From: Acinetobacter wanghuae
GTDB lineage: Bacteria > Pseudomonadota > Gammaproteobacteria > Pseudomonadales > Moraxellaceae
Direction of reading: 5' to 3'
NCBI RefSeq assembly: GCF_009557235.1
Contig: NZ_CP045650.1
Location: 450,001-482,000, forward strand
Length of the DNA stretch: 32,000 nucleotides
Shown: positions 28,446 to 32,000 of the stretch, piece after piece
Numbering within the stretch: position 1 is the first letter of the stretch
How the letters are laid out: each line of letters opens with the position of its first letter
Made by a program: the position numbers and the translations under genes
The notes under the pieces: model-generated
Database searches by the model: none
Seen by the model: the letters and a program-made list of their open reading frames with translations, nothing else
What the model was told of the DNA's origin: nothing

Positions 28446-29288
28446 ATGAATAAAACAGTGCAGTGGATTATGAAGCAGAATAGGGATGTTATTGTTGTTT
28501 CACTCTTGAGCTTGGCTTTAATGGCGTGTGATTCAAAAAAGCCTGAAGCTCCTGAAAAAGCAGATGTACAACCACCTGAAGTGGTGGTCGAAAAAGCGGA
28601 TGTGCTGCCCTATTTAAATATTCAGGAACAGCCTGCAAAAATAGCTTTGCCATTTTGTGAACGTAAAAACTGTATTGATATCGATATTCAAACCTTAAAC
28701 ACGGTCGATCCATGGATGAATACATGGATTGCTAAGCAGCAAGCGTTGGTCATTCAAGATCAAATTGGCTTAAAGCAAGACATGACTTTGCAGCAAGCGG
28801 TGAATGCATTTGTGAAAAAGTCGGATGCTTGGCAAGCAGAGCTTAAAATCAATAAAGCCTATACATTATCGTTATATACGCGCATTCCATACCAGCGCAA
28901 TGAATTTGTACTCATGCAAATTGGCGTGGATACCGAGCAAGAGGGCGTCAGTGTTAAAGACCGTTATTACTTTTATGTGGCTGATCGTCGTTCGCAAAAA
29001 AATCTGAAAATTTTGGACGTTGTAGATGCAAAACAACAAGTAAATATGGATAACATCGTTCAAGATGCCTACAAAAAATGGCTGAAAGACAACACAAAAG
29101 ATGTGCAGCAACAAGCGCCTCAAAAGCTCTATTGGGGACAAGCAGACTGGTTCTTTGATCAGCAGGGCATTGGCTTACATTACCGTGGTGATGCGATTGT
29201 CAAAGAGGCGAAACAATTAGACATCTACTTAAGCAAAGAACAAACACAACAGGTCTTGAAAGCAGATGTGTATCAGCATATGTTTTAA
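28446..29288 (+). CDS. Lipoprotein, divergent paralogue of the next gene
   Basis: 280-aa ORF with lipobox LMAC (VVSLLSLALMAC). It shares PxCxxKxCxxIxIxxL and the C-terminal ...EQ.Q.VLK pattern with the downstream ORF. An alternative start is ATG 28470. Confidence 0.7.
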   Translation: MNKTVQWIMKQNRDVIVVSLLSLALMACDSKKPEAPEKADVQPPEVVVEKADVLPYLNIQEQPAKIALPFCERKNCIDIDIQTLNTVDPWMNTWIAKQQALVIQDQIGLKQDMTLQQAVNAFVKKSDAWQAELKINKAYTLSLYTRIPYQRNEFVLMQIGVDTEQEGVSVKDRYYFYVADRRSQKNLKILDVVDAKQQVNMDNIVQDAYKKWLKDNTKDVQQQAPQKLYWGQADWFFDQQGIGLHYRGDAIVKEAKQLDIYLSKEQTQQVLKADVYQHMF

Positions 29289-29349
29289 TTTTTAAGATTC
29301 TGACTCACGCTGAGCGGAATCAAATGCAATAATGTCAAAAGGTTATTCA

Positions 29350-30297
29350 ATGCCAAAATATAAGAATGTGTTATGTCTATCTGTGTTGGCATCTGCGGTC
29401 ATGTTAAGTGCCTGTCAACCCAAAGAAGCTGAACCGAAAGATAAGCAAGTCACTGAAACTGCTCAAATTGCAGAGCAGCAGCTTAAACTGATTGGCGAAA
29501 ATGAAAAACTAAAACTGAATGTACCTGATTGCGATGGTAAAGATTGTCCAGAGATCAACATCGAACGTCTAAGCAGCAACCAAGCATTTATTGATACATT
29601 CATAGATCAAAAAATTCTAGAAGTGGTTAAAGGTGTACTTTCACCTGAAGCGATTGAACCTGCTCAAGTTAAGCTAGATGAGAACGATCAGCCTGCCTCT
29701 GAAGCAAGCCTTGCCAAGGTTGAAACGCCAAAACAAATCTTAGAAAAGCAAATGCTGCCGCATATGCAAGGGTTCTTAAACTTAGATAAAGAACTCAAAA
29801 CCTTAAATGCCAGTCATAGTATTAGTATGATGGTAAAGCCGAAGATCTTAAATTCGAGTGATCCATTGGCGACAGTTGTTTTGAATAGCAGTAGCTATTT
29901 AGGTGGTGCGCATGGTTCATCGGCTCAGACTTTTTACAATTTCGACTTAGATAAAAAGCAGCAGGTGAAGTTGGATGATCTTATCGTCGCCAAACAAAAA
30001 GCTAAGCTTGAACAGCAAGCGCATGAGGTCTTTAAAGTTTGGGTGACAGACTCTAAGTTAGCAACGAATGTTGCCGAATATGAACAAGCATGGCCTTTTA
30101 GCCTGACGGATAACTTCTATTTATCTAAACAAGGTTTGGTCTTGCAATATGCTGAATATGAGATTGGACCGTATGTGGTCGGATTACCCAAATTGGTCAT
30201 TCCGTATGAGCAATTACAAGGTGTATTAAAAGCACAATATTTGCCTCAAGCTGAACAAGCAGCTTCAGAGGCAAAACCAAGTACTCAAGCCCATTAA
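29350..30297 (+). CDS. Lipoprotein with DUF3298/DUF4163 (PdaC/RsiV-like) features
   Basis: Lipobox LSAC (MPKYKNVLCLSVLASAVMLSAC), plus SSYLGGAHG and YEIGPYVVG motifs typical of DUF3298 as I remember it. I prefer ATG 29350, with AAAAGG 7 nt upstream. The ORF track starts at 29332. Confidence 0.72.
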   Translation: MPKYKNVLCLSVLASAVMLSACQPKEAEPKDKQVTETAQIAEQQLKLIGENEKLKLNVPDCDGKDCPEINIERLSSNQAFIDTFIDQKILEVVKGVLSPEAIEPAQVKLDENDQPASEASLAKVETPKQILEKQMLPHMQGFLNLDKELKTLNASHSISMMVKPKILNSSDPLATVVLNSSSYLGGAHGSSAQTFYNFDLDKKQQVKLDDLIVAKQKAKLEQQAHEVFKVWVTDSKLATNVAEYEQAWPFSLTDNFYLSKQGLVLQYAEYEIGPYVVGLPKLVIPYEQLQGVLKAQYLPQAEQAASEAKPSTQAH

Positions 30298-31124
30298 TGC
30301 CTTTTAAACTATTTGATACCCATACCCATTTTGATGTTCCCGATTTTGATCATGATCGGGAACAGCTTGCCTATGCTGCAAAAGAAGCAGGGGTCGAGGG
30401 TTTAGTATTGATTGGTTTTTTACAGCATAGATTTAACGATTTAGTTAAAACGCATCATTTTTTGAATCAATTAACAGATGCTCCAAAAAGCTATTTAGCG
30501 CCGGGTTTACATCCATTTTATATTGAAGATCATCAGCCTGAACATTTGGCTCATTTAGAGCAACTGTTGCAAACGGAGCCTTGCATTGCGATTGGTGAAA
30601 TTGGTTTAGATACCTTTCTCAAACAGCATAAACAGCCTGAGATTTTACAAAAGCAAAAACAGTATTTTGCTGCGCAAATTGACCTTGCTAAACAGTTTGA
30701 TAAGCCGATTTTGCTGCATATTCGTAAATCGCATGCTGATGTTTTAAAAATGTTAAAAGACCAAAAGTTTCCACATGGCGGTATTGCACATGCTTTTGGG
30801 GGCGGAGTAGAGGAAGCCAAAGCTTTTATTAAACTTGGTTTTAAGATTGGCATTACCGGTCAAATCACCAATCCTAATGCACGTAAACTACATGAAGTAG
30901 TACAACGTGTAGGCAGAGAGCATTTGGTTTTAGAAACCGATTGTCCAGACATGACGCCACTATGCTGTCAGTCTTCGACAGCGCATCGCACGCGAAATAC
31001 ACCGGTCAATTTGCCTTATGTCTTGGATGGTTTGGCAAAAAGTTTATCCATAGATCAAGCACAATTGGCAGAGCAACTTTGGCATAACACATTACAAGCA
31101 TTAAAGCTTGATTCAGCAGATTAA
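30297..31124 (+). CDS. TatD-family metal-dependent hydrolase (YjjV-like)
   Basis: 275-aa ORF containing LFDTHTHFD, EIGLD and LETDCPD motifs. Its ATG overlaps the upstream TAA stop (TAATG). Confidence 0.88.
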   Translation: MPFKLFDTHTHFDVPDFDHDREQLAYAAKEAGVEGLVLIGFLQHRFNDLVKTHHFLNQLTDAPKSYLAPGLHPFYIEDHQPEHLAHLEQLLQTEPCIAIGEIGLDTFLKQHKQPEILQKQKQYFAAQIDLAKQFDKPILLHIRKSHADVLKMLKDQKFPHGGIAHAFGGGVEEAKAFIKLGFKIGITGQITNPNARKLHEVVQRVGREHLVLETDCPDMTPLCCQSSTAHRTRNTPVNLPYVLDGLAKSLSIDQAQLAEQLWHNTLQALKLDSAD

Positions 31125-31252
31125 ACTTTCCAATATTGATCTGTGAGCTGTTTTAGCAATTGATCGAACATGAAAAAAAAGATGCATTATGCAATTTCTA
31201 AAATGCGCTAGACTTGGCATCATGCATCTATATTATTTTGAGTGAGATTCAC

Positions 31253-32000
31253 ATGGCACAAGGACTTTTGGCGGGTAAACGCTTTTTGATCGCAGGTATT
31301 GCAAGTAAATTATCCATTGCTTTTGGTATTGCTCAAGCTTTACATCGCGAAGGTGCGGAACTCGCTTTTACCTATCCCAATGAGAAACTAAAAAAACGTG
31401 TCGATGATTTTGCTGCACAATTTGGTTCTGAATTGGTCTTTCCGTGTGATGTCGCTGTAGATGCTGAAATTGACCAAGCATTTGTTGAACTGGCAAAACA
31501 TTGGGATGGTTTAGATGGCGTGGTGCATTCGATTGGATTTGCACCAGCACATACACTTGATGGCGACTTTACTGATATTACCGACCGTGACGGCTTTAAA
31601 ATTGCCCATGACATTAGTGCATATAGCTTTATTGCGATGGCACGTGCGGCAAAACCGTTATTGGCTGCACGCCAAGGCTGTTTATTAACGCTAACTTATC
31701 AAGGTTCTGAGCGTGTAATGCCGAACTACAACGTGATGGGTATGGCAAAAGCATCATTAGAAGCAGGCGTGCGTTATTTGGCATCGAGCTTGGGTGCAGA
31801 AGGCATTCGTGTCAATGCGATCTCTGCGGGTCCAATTCGTACACTTGCGGCATCAGGTATTAAGTCATTCCGTAAGATGCTTGATCTAAATGAAAAAGTT
31901 GCGCCATTAAAACGTAATGTGACGATTGAAGATGTGGGTAATGCTGCATTATTCCTTTGCTCGCCATGGGCTTCAGGCATTACTGGTGAAATTCTATATG
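31253..32000 (+). CDS. fabI: Enoyl-ACP reductase (NADH), 3' end beyond the right edge
   Basis: Absent from the ORF track because it is truncated by the window. My translation from ATG 31253 is [41 protein letters not shown]...[20 protein letters not shown]...[13 protein letters not shown]. It stays open to the window end. Confidence 0.93.
   Translation, partial: MAQGLLAGKRFLIAGIASKLSIAFGIAQALHREGAELAFTYPNEKLKKRVDDFAAQFGSELVFPCDVAVDAEIDQAFVELAKHWDGLDGVVHSIGFAPAHTLDGDFTDITDRDGFKIAHDISAYSFIAMARAAKPLLAARQGCLLTLTYQGSERVMPNYNVMGMAKASLEAGVRYLASSLGAEGIRVNAISAGPIRTLAASGIKSFRKMLDLNEKVAPLKRNVTIEDVGNAALFLCSPWASGITGEILY

Noticed and set aside
1-32000. Scan for mobile elements, tRNA or rRNA genes, toxin-antitoxin pairs and defence systems
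   Set aside because: No transposase, integrase or recombinase ORFs are present. There are no terminal inverted repeats or target duplications, and no cloverleaf-like GC-rich islands in the intergenic regions. All ORFs of 200 aa or more have housekeeping or envelope assignments. By eye, base composition looks uniform across the window.

Overview
AT-rich chromosomal core-genome segment. Gene content and order (long-form leuA, fiu/piuA-piuC, tig-clpP-clpX, class I fumarase, ackA-pta, proA, nagZ, prc, prfC, fabI) look like an Acinetobacter/Moraxellaceae gammaproteobacterium; this assignment is an inference from protein sequences I recognise, not a search result. I support 22 conventional protein genes. 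Two of them (leuA at the left edge, fabI at the right edge) are missing from the ORF track because they run off the window. There is also one candidate 28-codon micro-gene. Almost every transcription unit ends in a clear hairpin plus T-run terminator. I found no rRNA, tRNA, CRISPR array, IS element, integrase, prophage or recognisable defence genes, so this is mostly an ordinary housekeeping region. The one stretch the genes do not explain is the 740-bp fumarase-csp intergenic region (11681-12418). It contains (i) a phased array of GTCATA half-sites including a perfect 12-bp palindrome, (ii) a near-perfect Pho box promoter driving a self-contained micro-gene for a small hydrophobic peptide with its own RBS and terminator, and (iii) 19 perfect tandem copies of the heptamer CTCAAAT. 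Secondary points of interest are an alpha/beta-hydrolase fused to a PilZ-like c-di-GMP receptor domain, an MHYT-GGDEF-EAL sensor 5 kb downstream of it, a Fur-box-controlled Fiu/PiuA-PiuC iron uptake pair, and two tandem paralogous lipoproteins translationally coupled to a TatD-family hydrolase.
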